NCBI RefSeq assembly: GCF_009914755.1 | Contig: NC_060938.1 | Reading direction: 5' to 3' (one strand) | Length of the DNA: 64,000 nt | From: the human T2T-CHM13v2.0 reference genome, Homo sapiens | In this document: piece by piece, positions 14,382 through 27,379 of the stretch | Numbering within the stretch: position 1 is the first letter of the stretch | Layout of the letters: each line of letters starts with the position of its first letter | The notes under the pieces: model-generated | Database searches by the model: none | Seen by the model: only the letters and a program-made list of their open reading frames with translations | Told to the model about the DNA's origin: nothing | Position numbers and translations under genes: made by a program

Positions 14382-14964
14382 GAGGTGGAGTCTCACTCTG
14401 TTGCACAGCCTGGAGTGCAGTGGCACGATCTCGGCTTACTGCAACCTCTGTCTCCTGGGCTCAAGCAATTCTCCTGCCTCAGCCCCCCGAGTAGCTAGGA
14501 TTACAGGCATGCAACACCATGCCTGGCTAATTTTTGTATTTTTAGTAGAGACAGGGTTTCACCATGTTAGCCAGTCTGTGTCCAACTCCTGACCTCAGGT
14601 GATCCACCCGCCTCGGCCTCCCAAAGTGCTGGGATTACAGGGGTGAGCCACCACACCCAGCCTTGGGGGCCATTTTAAATGGTGAAATTGTCAACAGAAA
14701 GCACAACAATGTGAAAAATATGGCACTAAATAGACCACAAAAAGGACACTTGTTTATAGTAGAGAGCTGAAACAAGAAAGCAGCGCTTCACTTTGCTCCA
14801 CCTTAGCTGGGAGCAAGTGCATGGGGAGACTTGAATTTTTGGCTACTGTATTTGTGTCTGTGTATGACCATGAAAAGGCCACGAGTATTGACTCAGGTTC
14901 CAAATGAATTTTAGCAATATGTGAGTTTACAAATATAGAATCCATGAATAATGAGGGTCAATGG
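14078..14964 (-). mobile_element. MER82-like TcMar-Tigger DNA transposon fossil, split by an Alu
   Basis: Both flanks resemble my recollection of the MER82 consensus (e.g. AAAATGGCCCCCAA, GATAAGCTTC, AACAAGTGTCCTTTT on the minus strand); degenerate TIRs; TA at 14965. Confidence 0.75.
14341..14662 (-). mobile_element. Alu (AluS-like), antisense, nested in MER82
   Basis: Poly(T) followed by a reverse-complement Alu dimer; no TSD evident. Confidence 0.94.
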
Positions 14965-14983
14965 TATATAGACATGTAGATGA

Positions 14984-15019
14984 ACACGCACGCGCACACA
15001 CACACATACACACACGCAC
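14984..15019. repeat. Imperfect (CA)n/(CG) microsatellite
   Basis: Read directly from the sequence. Confidence 0.85.
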
Positions 15020-18000
15020 TACCTAGTTTGTATAACAGGTGAGGGGGAACCAGCAGTAAACAGGAGCAAAGGGAGCCCAGCCTCTGGATCTGAGCTGGCA
15101 TCTGGGCTCAGCCCAGCCCTCCTGATCACCCTCACAGCCTGTTCTTTTTGCTGCTGGGGTCTGTAGCTCCAGACAGCCCTCTCCATTTCATATCCAATAA
15201 GAAATGAATGCTGTTCAATTCCTGTCCTTAAGCTGGAACGGTCCTGGGCGCTGAATTATGCCAGGAACCTCGAGCTTGCTGTGTCTCTGGAAGTCTTTTA
15301 TTGCACAACTGATTTATAATACCCAAGTAGATGAGTTGAGAGCAATTACGTAAATGCTGTTTCTCTGGGGCAGAGAAGAACGGTACGGTTTAAATGAAAA
15401 ATGCAGTGCCAAGTCAAAAATTCAAATCGTTATGTATAATTACAGACCACAGTAAATCAATTTTACAAACACAGTACCAATCTCACCATGTTCCAACACC
15501 CACAGGGTAAGGTTGTGATGGTTTAGAATTTGGTAAGAGGCTGAAGGTGAAGTGAAAGTGGGAATTGGGGTGTTGTGGAGCCTCCAGAGCTTGTCTGAAT
15601 CACATGGCGATTCAATCAAATATAATTAAGGAGCCAGGAGAGCCTAAACCATCCAATTTGTCCTAATTAACAACAAAAAAATCATCTAATTAGTAGTGTA
15701 AACTCAAATTCTGGTTTTTTTTTTGAATGGTCATTTATGTGTATTGTTGCATTTGACATGTAGATTGAATGCTTTAATGAAAACAAGAACCAATTCCCTA
15801 ATCAGTAAATTGCCCTCCTCACTGCCATGCTGAGAATCTGCTGTTCTCCTCCTTTTATCAAGGAGCTAAGTTAAGAATTAGTCAGGGCTACATAATACAT
15901 TTCTAATTATTTACAGCCCTTCTCCTGAAACTAGAAAGAAAAGAAAAAAATACTGTTTGATCAAGGCAGAGTTTAGGGTTTCATACTCAGAGAAATCCTA
16001 GTCATGCATGTGGCTGCAAGGCTCTGCTGGCCGTAGGATTTAGGCATCCTCTGATGATGCCTGTCCTTACCTGATCAGTGAGAGCCACTGTTCCATGTTA
16101 TCTGGGAGCCTTTAAGCTTCAGTGGCAGTGAAGGAAGACCTGGCCTGCGGTTCAGCTCAAGACAGGAGTTAGTAGACACAGTTTTAAAATATCCTTTGGT
16201 ACCTCCATTCAAGCAATTGACTCACTGCTCTTCTTGACAAGTGCTGGTAGCAACAAGGTGTAAAAGGACACCCTGATGATTTGTTCAGCGACTCTGGCCA
16301 TCTCCTTGGGACTGATGCTCTGAGAGGGTCTTGGTGGCTCAGTCATGAAATCCTGGCTATTTGAAGTTCCAAACTTGGATGGTCTTGCTGGTTCCCACAC
16401 TCAGTAGCAGTCTAGGTGGTGCCGTTAAGCGCGGGATGGATGCTGTATTGCATAAACCTCAGAAGCACTTTCTGCATAGGCATGTGAGCTGATGAAACAG
16501 CACTTACAATTTGAGAGTTATCTTTTAAGAAAAGGGTAGGAGGCAAGTTTTTGTCATCTAGCTTCCTGAGTTTCTCTACTATCTCGCTTCTCTACACACA
16601 GTGACTGGAGCATTTTTACAGATACGTGGGAACATTAAAAAAGAAATATCGGCTTAAATTCACTCCTGGCCACTTGCTTAACTCCATTATTTTCCCTACT
16701 TGGTGAAATAATAAAATTCTACAGTTCTGTCTAAACTCATTTCTAGAAATATCTTCATTTTATGTGGATAGAAATTCATGGACAAACTTAAGGGTTTAGT
16801 ATAATGGTAGATACAAAAAGAAACAGTACAGGAAAGTAGAAGTTAACCCAGTATGAAGGAGACTTCAAAATAGCCAGGTTGATCCCATCGTTTCTTGAAT
16901 TAGCCTACACATTTGCTTCAAAGGTGGAAAATTGCTTTCATAGTTGATGGAAGTTGTCACTGGTTTTGATAGGATGGAACGAGAGGATTGAGGTAGTGTC
17001 CTTTTAGGATTTCTTGATTTGAAGCTAAGTGTGGATGAAATGTACTGATTTCTATTTAAAGTATATACATATTGGCTTCTTGTCTAGGTATTTCATAAAT
17101 AATGACAATGTAAAGTCAAACAGCCGTTATCTAAAATAGATTTTCTACTGGATGACACCCAGTTTTGCCATTATAGAGGCTGACAAAAGAGGACAGATGA
17201 AATATACCAAAGATTAGTGCAATAATAAAAGTCTGCCAGAAGCATTCTAATTTATTTCTTAAAAGCTCAAATGTTTAAGTGATAATGTGAAGGCAGAAAC
17301 ATACATCTTTGCTCTGCCCAAAAACTGAGCCATCTGTAGAGTAGTAAGAGCTGACACCAGTGACAAGAACTCACGGTACTAGGAAAGCCTCCCCATGTGC
17401 TTTTCCCTGCATCAGAATGCTTTCATTTCAGTGCTGAATAAAAACGAGATGTCATGGGGGAAAGAGGAAGTTAGCTGTGTGTATTTGTCATCCCTGTTGT
17501 GATGTTCTTTGCAGCTTTTTCTTCTTCTAGAGTCTCCCTTTGGTCTGATTTGCATAGGCAAGTATACACTTTCTTTTCACCGAAAGTGTGTGGCTTCCTC
17601 CTTGGGCTTGTCAGGAACATCCCGTCCACCAACCACATCTTTGCTTTGTAGCATGTTCTCTCTTCTTCCCCCGGAATGAGGTGGAGTCCAAAGTCTGTTT
17701 AGGGGAATCGTCTTCTGGTGTCCAGATGTTCTAAGCACTGGTTTTTCAAGCCTTTGGTCAAGAAGCAGAGAGCAAGCATGCAGAGTTGAGGCTTTTAACC
17801 TTTCAGATTGGCTTTTAATCTATTCCCTGAAGCAGTGATGACAGAGCATGTTATTTTTAACCTTAGTGATTAATATTCCCCTCTCTTCCTCTCCCTTCTA
17901 CCCCACTTACACAAATCTGGTGTTATTTTTTTTGTTGTTTGTTTGCATGATGTCACTGATCAAATACTCTGGTTTTGTATGTTTCAAAATGTATTCTTGA

Positions 18001-21000
18001 AGTACTATTAATCTTTTCTTCTCCAAAGATTCCCACCACAGGGCTTCAGATTACTGGTTGTGACACCACAAAACCAACTAAAGAAGAGGAATCCAGGGTG
18101 TAATATCATTTCACCACTGAGCCTTGCTTAAAATGTTGACTTTTTTAAAGCAAATGCCTGGAATTATTTATACAAGTGGTGTTAGCAGAACATTCTTTGA
18201 AAATTGAAAGCCTTTAGTGGTTCTTAGATGCTCTGAAACTGGTGTTATCGAAAAAATTTGTGGGATAGAAACTGGAATATCCCTGAGAAGCAGGCCGAAA
18301 CCTAACAAAATGAACAGAAACACCCAACCCTTCCCAATTCCTTTGAAACAATCACCTTTTTGTAGCTAGCAGTGGGCTGAGCTTTTTCTTCTTTAGACTT
18401 GATAAGTATCAAACTATCTCCTGCAGCAAAACTTAAGAATTATATGCTGTGAAGCCTCAAATTTTTGTTTTCAGCAAAGGTTCTAGTGATACTTCTGAAT
18501 TTCTTTGGGGAATGAGCCTAGAAAATATTGTTAAAGTAACAGATGAGTAAAATTAGCAACATAGAAGTAAAATTCTGCCCTGCTTTGTCCTAAGTATGTG
18601 GACACACAGCATACATCACCTGAGTCACAGGGAATTGGCCAGGACCTCTTAATTCAAGAAGAATATTGTAAGATATTTTAAAATAATGTGCAAACACTTG
18701 GCATCCTCATTCTACCTTTTAAAACCCCTAAATTGCTATGACTTATTTTTATAAGGTTTAGTTGTGCTAGCTATTTGGATTGAATTATATCATGTGAGCA
18801 TCTTGAAATTTGAAAATTTAATGAAGCGTATGTTTTTCTATGAGAAAGGCAGCTTCTTGAATTAAAAATGAAGAGAGACTAGCTTAGAAGGAAAAAAGAT
18901 TAAAGTTGCAAATCATCTCTATGTGGCTGGACTCATAGGGCATGATGAGAGCACAGAACCCAACCTTGGGTTGAGAACCCAGGGAATTTGGTTTGGTATA
19001 GAGAATGATATTAGGAGTGTAGGAATATTTAATGCCCTTATTCAAAAGGAAGTCAAATTTCTGACAGTTTCAGCAGCTTCAGCTTCTAGACTCTAAAACA
19101 AAATGCTAAGCCTGGAAATAGTTCAAAACACATAGTGACAGCAAAAAGAAATAATGGTTGGCTTGAATTTGAGGAGATAGTTGAACAATTGAAGGTATAC
19201 AGCACACAGGTTCCTGAGGCTACCCAGACTGCCCATTGAAGGCTCACTCAACAAAGACGGCATAAAGCAACAAATCATCTCTGTCAAATGAGTGTGCTAG
19301 ACCAAGAGTACACATGAACGGTGTAAGTTAATAGCTAATATTTAAAAATCGGGGTCCCCATTAAAACCACAATTGTATTTCAAATCTGCTGATTTTTTTA
19401 AAAAAGACGAAAGGTCTATGTACTCAGCATAGGTTTAATTTACATTATATTAATTTGTTGTATTAATTCCAATACCCTCTCTATATGTAGAAAAGTCATC
19501 CATGACATAGTATTTCATCCACTAACAAGGCTTGGTGTACGTAGGGATTTTGGGGTCTTTCTACTACCCAGAGACCCACAGCTCCCAGATTAGGCATTAC
19601 TAAATTATATTCTTTCAGAAGGCTTCCAGTTCTAAAATGTTAGGAATATATGTTCATAACATTTTTAAAGCATGCTTTAAATAATTTTTAAATCATTTAA
19701 TTTATTATAAATTATTAAAAATTATGCTTTAAATAATTTTTAAAGCATAAACTGCATTCAGCGTGTAAATTTAAAGATAGCAGAGAAATACGCAATGTAT
19801 CTTTGACAAATCTTTGTTAAAGTTTGTTGGGATAAAGTTTTGGTGTAAGACTCAAGCTTCAGTTATCTGGACTATTTGCTTATGTGGATCACTTTTCTCC
19901 TTGACAGTGAGGTATGTATTTAACCTAACAATGAACCAAGGAGATAGTTGGGCCAGTATCCCAGACTTTCTTCCATCCATAAACCCCCTTATTTCTCATA
20001 TTAGAAGGCAGAAAAAAGGTAGTTATAGTTAATTTTCCTTAAAGAGTACTAAATATTCTGAAACATCTTTTCCTGACTCTTATTTCAATAAATAAAATCA
20101 AGATGGAGTCAAAGTTGGTCAAAGGAAATGGGAAAGAAATCTGAATCCCAGGGTTTAAAGAAAATACTTAAATGAACAGAATGCAGAGCCAGGTGTCATA
20201 TTTTCCCCGTAAAAGGTGCTGAAAGAGTTCTCATTAAAGATGCTAGGAGATGAAAAAATCATTAGGTTAGATGAGGTCAGAAGAGTTGACTGGTCCTGAT
20301 AGTATGACCAAGTTTAAAACAAGATTATAAGAACCTCTGAACTCCCATCACACTGCCCGACTGCTGTAGCAAGATTACTTTTAACTGCTGTTTCCATATT
20401 TCAACTAGACTTACCTAATACTTATTATTTACTTCGGATTCATTTGAATTTAAAAAGTTCCAAAAATTAGTGTCCTAATGATATATGCATGCGTGCATAC
20501 TGGCATATATATGTGTATATACGGATCTAAAATTTTTATAGAGGTTTTTAAAAATACAAGCAATTTTGGATTCATACTGTATACAATTATTAAATGTTGG
20601 TTTCCATGTTTTAAGAGGAAAAAGGCACAATTTTGTTCCCCTGAGTAATTTTCAGTATGCTTTTCAATATAATGAATCCATCCTGAAATATGCTGTCCCT
20701 CTACCCACACTATTATGAAAGTCACAAATGCAGTATAAATTGAGGACCTCAGTTCTGCTGGACTTGCCAATTTCTAATCTAGGTTGAGATTTTTTTTTAA
20801 AGGTATACTTAATTTGGCAGCATTTGAATAGGACTTCTGGGTAGCTGAGGTCTGAATGAACCGTTAGCCATTGTCTGCTGCACATCAGTCTACAAGCAAG
20901 AACATCTAGAAGCCTCTGGCTAGAGACATGCTGGGGCAGCTAGCACCACACTGCTAAGCTTCTCAGAAGTCTGTATTTACTACTCTTCCTGCCTACTCAT

Positions 21001-24000
21001 AGGAAAAAAAAAAAAACTTCTGCCCGAATGTCCATATGACCCTCTGTTTGTCATCACTTCAAATGAGATCTCTTAGTTTAAAAAGGGGAGGGGCTGGGGA
21101 TGAAACAACCACTGCTACTCTGCCACTGGCCCCCTCGTCAATTCCACAACTGCATGGCCTATTTTCTTGTAGCCTCTTTCTGCCCATGACAGTATTTCCT
21201 CTGTCACTTTATGCCAAACAAAGTGCTCCAGCACAAGAGGTAACACCAAAATCAGCTTTGTGGTCACCATTGCCTAAACCTGAAGATCTGTCTTCACCCC
21301 AAATTGGCACTGTCGCCAAGGCACCTGTCACCTGTTTTAATCTCCTTCCCACAAGAATACAAGCCTGTACTGCCTCCAGGCCTTGGTTCCTTTGGAGAAC
21401 AGAGGCATTTACCTAGCACGACTTTTGATTGAGGTGTGGCATTCAGCCTGGCTCTAAACCCACGGCCCTGTCTGCAAATCAGAAGCTTGGTGTGAGGCAC
21501 TGTGCTTGGTTGCCACAGCACGTTGGCTCCTACGGAGATATTCCTGAATTTGGTGGCAGCAGTGGGAACCAAGAAGTGTTCATTATGATATAGAGTGTAT
21601 GAGCCCTTTATAGAAAGTCATCAGGAAAAGACCCTGGCACCTCAGGTATAATTGATGTTTCCTTAGAGGCAGAGGCCAAGTTCATGTCATATCCCTTATG
21701 ACTTCAGTTAAGCTCAGAAAAGTATGAAGAAATGGGTGTGGGTTTCTATGTACAAATCCCTGTAAGTCCATTAAGTTAGGTAAACATTTAGCTCCAATCT
21801 CAATAGCCAGTGAAGTCCTTGGATAACTGACAGCTTCCCCAAGGATGCCTCTCAGTGGAGGAGATAGCATGGATTAAAAAATCAGATGGAAAGAAGCATA
21901 TTGGCTCCATGAAATAATGGAATTCAAGTACAGTGTACGTATTGTATTGTTCTCAGCATCCATATGAAGATGAGGACTATCCTAGCAGTAACCTCCCGTG
22001 GTTAGCGATTAGTTACCTATTCAGTTATGGCCTCTAACCAGCCCAGGTACTAAGAGTCCCACTGTCTCTGAGCTGTGTGTCCCTCTTTGACAAGCCCTGT
22101 TTCTGTGATTTCAGACTGACTCTAATCCTGGCTATACGGAGGAACCCCCACTTCCACTTGGGGTACACCTGGCAGGCACCAGTCAAAGCATCCACCAGAT
22201 AGTCTGAAACGGTTGCAGAAGTACCAGAAAGCAAAGATGTCTAAGCTGGAATGTCCCAGCACTCAGGGCAGCCGTAAACAGTCTGCCCAATTTTATATAA
22301 ATACTTAGACAGGCATGAAATGGATTTTCTGGATGTCTGGCTTTTCTTCCTATTGGCTTTCTCTTTTCATTTTTGCTGCCGCTTCGTTTTTTTTTTTTCT
22401 TTCTCTGCTTTCCCCCCACTTTTCCTCTTGCTAATTCTGGTCCAACCAGGTAGCAATGCATTTTCCAGGGAGCCTTTTTAAATAGTTTCTTCCCGAGTCT
22501 ATTTAGTAGCAATGCAAGCCATTTAAGCCTGTTAGTGTCGATATTTTTTAAACAATGTTCCCTTTGCATATTTTTAATTTAGATGACATTTCCTTGCCTT
22601 TGATAGAATCTACCCAAATTGGAAATTTCTCAGGTTACTAATACTAAACTCGGTAGCTCTCTTTTGTCCTCCCTTTTCATTCATAAAGAAGTTTCTAGCC
22701 CTTCCGATTGTCCCCACTTCACATACAAGGCTGCCCTTCTGGCCACACAAGGCCAAATGGAAACACTGACCACAGAGGCCTGAGCTCCGTGGCTCTCAGG
22801 CTTGGTGACTGCCAGCTGCCTGGCAGCAGCTTACCCAGCCCACTACTGCCCCAGACACACTTTCTGGAAACATCCAGCCTTTTGACTCTGCTCTTTATCT
22901 TTTGAAGTAGGGAACACAGTAATCTGCCCAGGCCTTTATGTTGGGACTGCTGTACCAGAAATATGGTTTAACCAAAAGCAGGACCTCTCACCATTGAGAT
23001 GCCTGGTCTGCTTACTGAAAAACACAGATTAACACCCACAAAGAAGTGCTCATCTAAATTTGGGAGAGCAAATGCCTCATGGATGGGGATACAGCCTGAG
23101 ATGGAATTTAATGGCTTCCCTGAAAAATGTTTAAAAATGCATGTGGCTCAATTCCGTGTTAGTACAGCAGCAGTCAAAATAAACTGGACCTGTCAGGAAC
23201 TGGTGCTGAGAGAATGTTATGAATAGACTTATTTTGTAAAGTTGTCACTTTACACACCAGAAAAACCAACCAAGGGTAACATCGGCTCCTTCAGTGTTGG
23301 TTTTTGTTAAATCCCTCCCTCGAATGACTTCAATTTAATTTGGCTAGTTATATGAGTTATGTTGCTTTTTCCTAGTTTTCTGGAAAAGAAATTAAAGATG
23401 GGGGCTGCGCAGATGTTGCCCACTGTGTAGAAGGGCTGAACATGCTGGTAAAAACCATTCATTCCCAGCTTCCTGAATGAAAGCCTTGTTACCTGGAAGT
23501 GTTTGCAATACAAAGTTTGGCATTAACCTGTGAGGCTAAGGGAAAGAATCGGCCCTAGAAGAAGCAGCCCTTTCACCGACAGGTAGCTGCAGTGCCCCAT
23601 ACCCTGAGGTCATGTTAGTACTGGGCCCCTTGCTGAGCCATACCACCCTGCAGAGGCCATAGTTCCCTGAATCCTGGTTGGAAAGATTAGTCCACCTTCT
23701 TCTGGTTCAGCCCTGCAAAGATCCCAAACAATGGCCAGCCCGGCTGCCCTTCAAGATGTCCTCCTGAACAACATGGGTAATGTCAGAATTTCTGTTTAAA
23801 AAACAACAGCAACAAACTTGTCCAGTACATGTTCTTTTTGCTTTTGGCAGATATGGCTGTCAAGCCTTGCCTGATTTACGGACCCCGTCCTATGAATCCT
23901 GATTTCTAGAGTTAGAACCAAAACCAGATCCAGACCCACAAAGGCTAAGGACCAATGTGTGGGCACTATAGGTTTGGCCTCCTTGGAGAAACCTAACCCA

Positions 24001-24198
24001 CTGAGAGGGACAGACTGCATCCTTTTAAACCACCTGAAGAAAACGACCATGCCAGGCCTGTATTCAACCTGCTGTGACCATGGATGGAGTTGTAAGACAG
24101 TTAGTGGTATCTCTCAGGGTTAAGAGGTATTGTGGGTTCTTCGGTGTCCCAGGATAAAGGGGGGGGAATAACCTATTTCATTTTATTTTTTTTTCCAG

Positions 24199-24462
24199 TT
24201 CTCTCAGGCCAGGCACACCACAGCCCTTTGAAACGATCTGTGTCCCTTACCCCACCCATGAATGTGCCAAACCAGCCTCTAGGACATGGATGGATGTCTC
24301 ATGAGGACTTACGAGCTAGAGGACCCCAGTGCCTCCCATCCGATCATGCCCCCCTGTCTCCACAAAGCAGTGTAGCCTCTTCAGGAAGTGGTGGGAGTGA
24401 ACACTTAGAAGATCAGACCACTGCTCGTAACACATTCCAAGAAGAAGGTAGTGGGATGAAAG
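24199..24462 (+). CDS. SAMD4A: SAMD4A coding exon, 264 nt, phase 1/1; linker before the SAM domain ([19 protein letters not shown]…[11 protein letters not shown])
   Basis: Acceptor ttttttttccag|TT and donor AAG|gtgagt; lies in ORF 24132..24470; joins the next exon as G|AT = Asp. Confidence 0.96.
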
Positions 24463-27064
24463 GTGAGTGACTAAATGAGAAACCACTGGGGAAAGAGCCC
24501 CTCCCTTTATTGGAGACCAGAGGGTAAAAAAAGAGAGGTAGTCAGCAAGAGAGAAGGAGCCCACCCCTTCCCCAGGCTTACGCATTTGATCTGTCCCTTC
24601 CAGAACTCCAGGTTGACCATGGCAGAAAGGGCTCAGATTCCCCTTCCAGTGCTTCTTGCCAAAATCTGGGAAATAGGAACCAGAGTAAGAGAGGTCAACC
24701 CACTCTCTCTCTCTCTCTCTTTTTTTTTTTTTTTTTTTGCATTGCAGTGACTTGTAGACCATTAAATGAGTCACAGCTAATGGTGATAGGATCTTCTGTT
24801 TGTAAAGCTACTGAGCTGCTCCAACCTTGTACCTCATTGCTGTGGCCAGGGACCTGTCAGTAATTCAGAAAAACAAACCACGGGATTTTTTTTTTTCCTT
24901 TATAAGTCTATGTTAATGCAGAATTGCAGTAGTGCTTCCTTTCTCTCTCCTCTTCTCTTTGATATCCAAAGAAACCTTTAAACCCTTTCCTCTGCATCTA
25001 TTTAAGGGACATGAAAATACCACTGAGAATCTCTAACAGTGTTTTAATCCTGATAACAGATTTGCATACAGGTGATAAAGGCCTTTTGTGTAGCATAAAT
25101 AAATTCCTCCATTGCCTTGTGAATCTACCCTCTTCTAAAGATATTCATCAGGAGATAGATTTCCAAATTACTTATGATAGGTACAAAGAGGATACGTGCA
25201 TGCTATATTTTTAGACTCCACTTGTACAAGGGCTGGGAAGCCCTTAGGCAAAGATGCACATTCAGAGACACACTAGTAACAATTTTAGATGGTGAAACAG
25301 TAACCACTCATGCTTTGGGGACTAGCCTGCTGAAGGGAGGCTCTGAGAACATCCTGTTTGCTGGCATTAATAGTCCTGAGGTTTGCTGTTTCCGATCTTC
25401 CCCTTGTGAATGATCAGTGTTGACATAGGAAGCTCTGTACTGATTCCCCTCCCTTCACGGAAGCCTGGCACAGAAAGCATGCCCATGACTGCCCAACCAC
25501 TGGTTATAAGGGAGCACCGGACTGAAAAAATGGAGCTTGTCAACTCTGAGAATGAGGCTGACAAGAAGCTGCTCCCCTGGCACATTCCTTGAATCTTCCT
25601 CCTGCTTAGGCCTGTGTCCTCTCCATCCCACCCCCATTTCATTGATGGTTCCAGGGCTGAGTGCCCAGAGTGAGGGGATGTGTCTTAATGCTGATACAAA
25701 TGGGTCTTTAAAGGTATATAACAGGCAGCAAAAGCCATGTGTCACTTGGGTACGAAGGGGATGTATGTCCTCTTTCTACTTCAGAGTTTTCAGGGGACTG
25801 TATCACAATTTTGGAGCACTAGCAAAACCCACTTCTGACTTTATGCTACATGGTTATGTGTTTAAGCAGCTGAGCCCCAGGTGATGCGTAGCAGGTGAGG
25901 CTCAACCCTGCTGTAGGTAGACTGGCTTGGCATCTGTCAATCGGCATCAAAATAGCTGAAAGACCAAGGGAGGCTGAGACAGCCGTTGCTTTTAACTAGC
26001 TTCTTTCCAGGTGAAGTTCAGTGTCTGTTTCCAAGAAAGCCTGTGTTGCGGTTCTAGTTGGTAACTGTGGGGAGGAAGCATTGGCCTTTGTGTTTGAAGG
26101 GTAAGGAGGATCCTATAGAAGGGCCATTCACCAGGAGAAAGATCTTGTCCAAAGAAGAATGCTGATTCCACTGTCTGGTTTTTGGACACTTATTCTTCTT
26201 CCTTTTACTTTGTTTTCTTTCTTTCCTTTTCTTTTTTTTTTTTTTTTTTTTTGAGGCCCTTATGCACACTTTCAACATTCTCCCAAAGTAGGTCAAGGTA
26301 TGCTCATTGAGTGCTGCCATTTTGAGGTGAGAAATAAAGATAACAGGTTTTTTAAGAGAAATGAGAGAAAAGTTGAATAAATGCCCTATCCCCATTTTGG
26401 GACAAAAGCCAAAATATTGCAAAGGTTAAGGAATATACCATATCTAAGCCTCTGTGATTCCTTTCATTAGAATTGGTGAGAACTGTCTCCTCAGAGCCTA
26501 TTCAGTCAGAAAAAAATGGCACAGACAAGATCTCATATCCAGGATTTTCTTTATAGGCCCAAGGGGTGCAGCCAGAAAACAGGTTATTTGATGGCCTGCT
26601 GTATTTCCACCTTCTCTGACCTATTGAACTTCCCTTCTTCCAAGAACTTCCTTGGATTGGGATTCCAAGTATAAAGTCAATAGCAAGTTAAATGGCAAAA
26701 AAAAAAAAAAAGTTTGAAGGAAGAAACATTATAGATGATGAAGGATTCTATTTGTGGGAAAAGTATATTTGCAGTTTAGCTGACAGGTCAGACAGAAAAA
26801 ATGTCCACACCCAAAAACACTAGCATTCCGAAGTGTCACGGGCCAGTATTTGTTCAATAGAAATGTCCCTCCCCAGCCTTGCTGCAAGATGCCATTGCTG
26901 AGGACTCTTCCGCCACCAGATGTTATTCAAAACGACTTCCTATGAGTGCACCCAAGGAGCAGCCCTGCTCCTAACCCAAGGGTTTGTCATTTGATCTCCG
27001 TGTCTAAGAGCAGGTGCTGGTTTAAATTTTCAAAATAATTCACACTTTTAAAGAAATGAGATAT

Positions 27065-27379
<315 letters not shown>

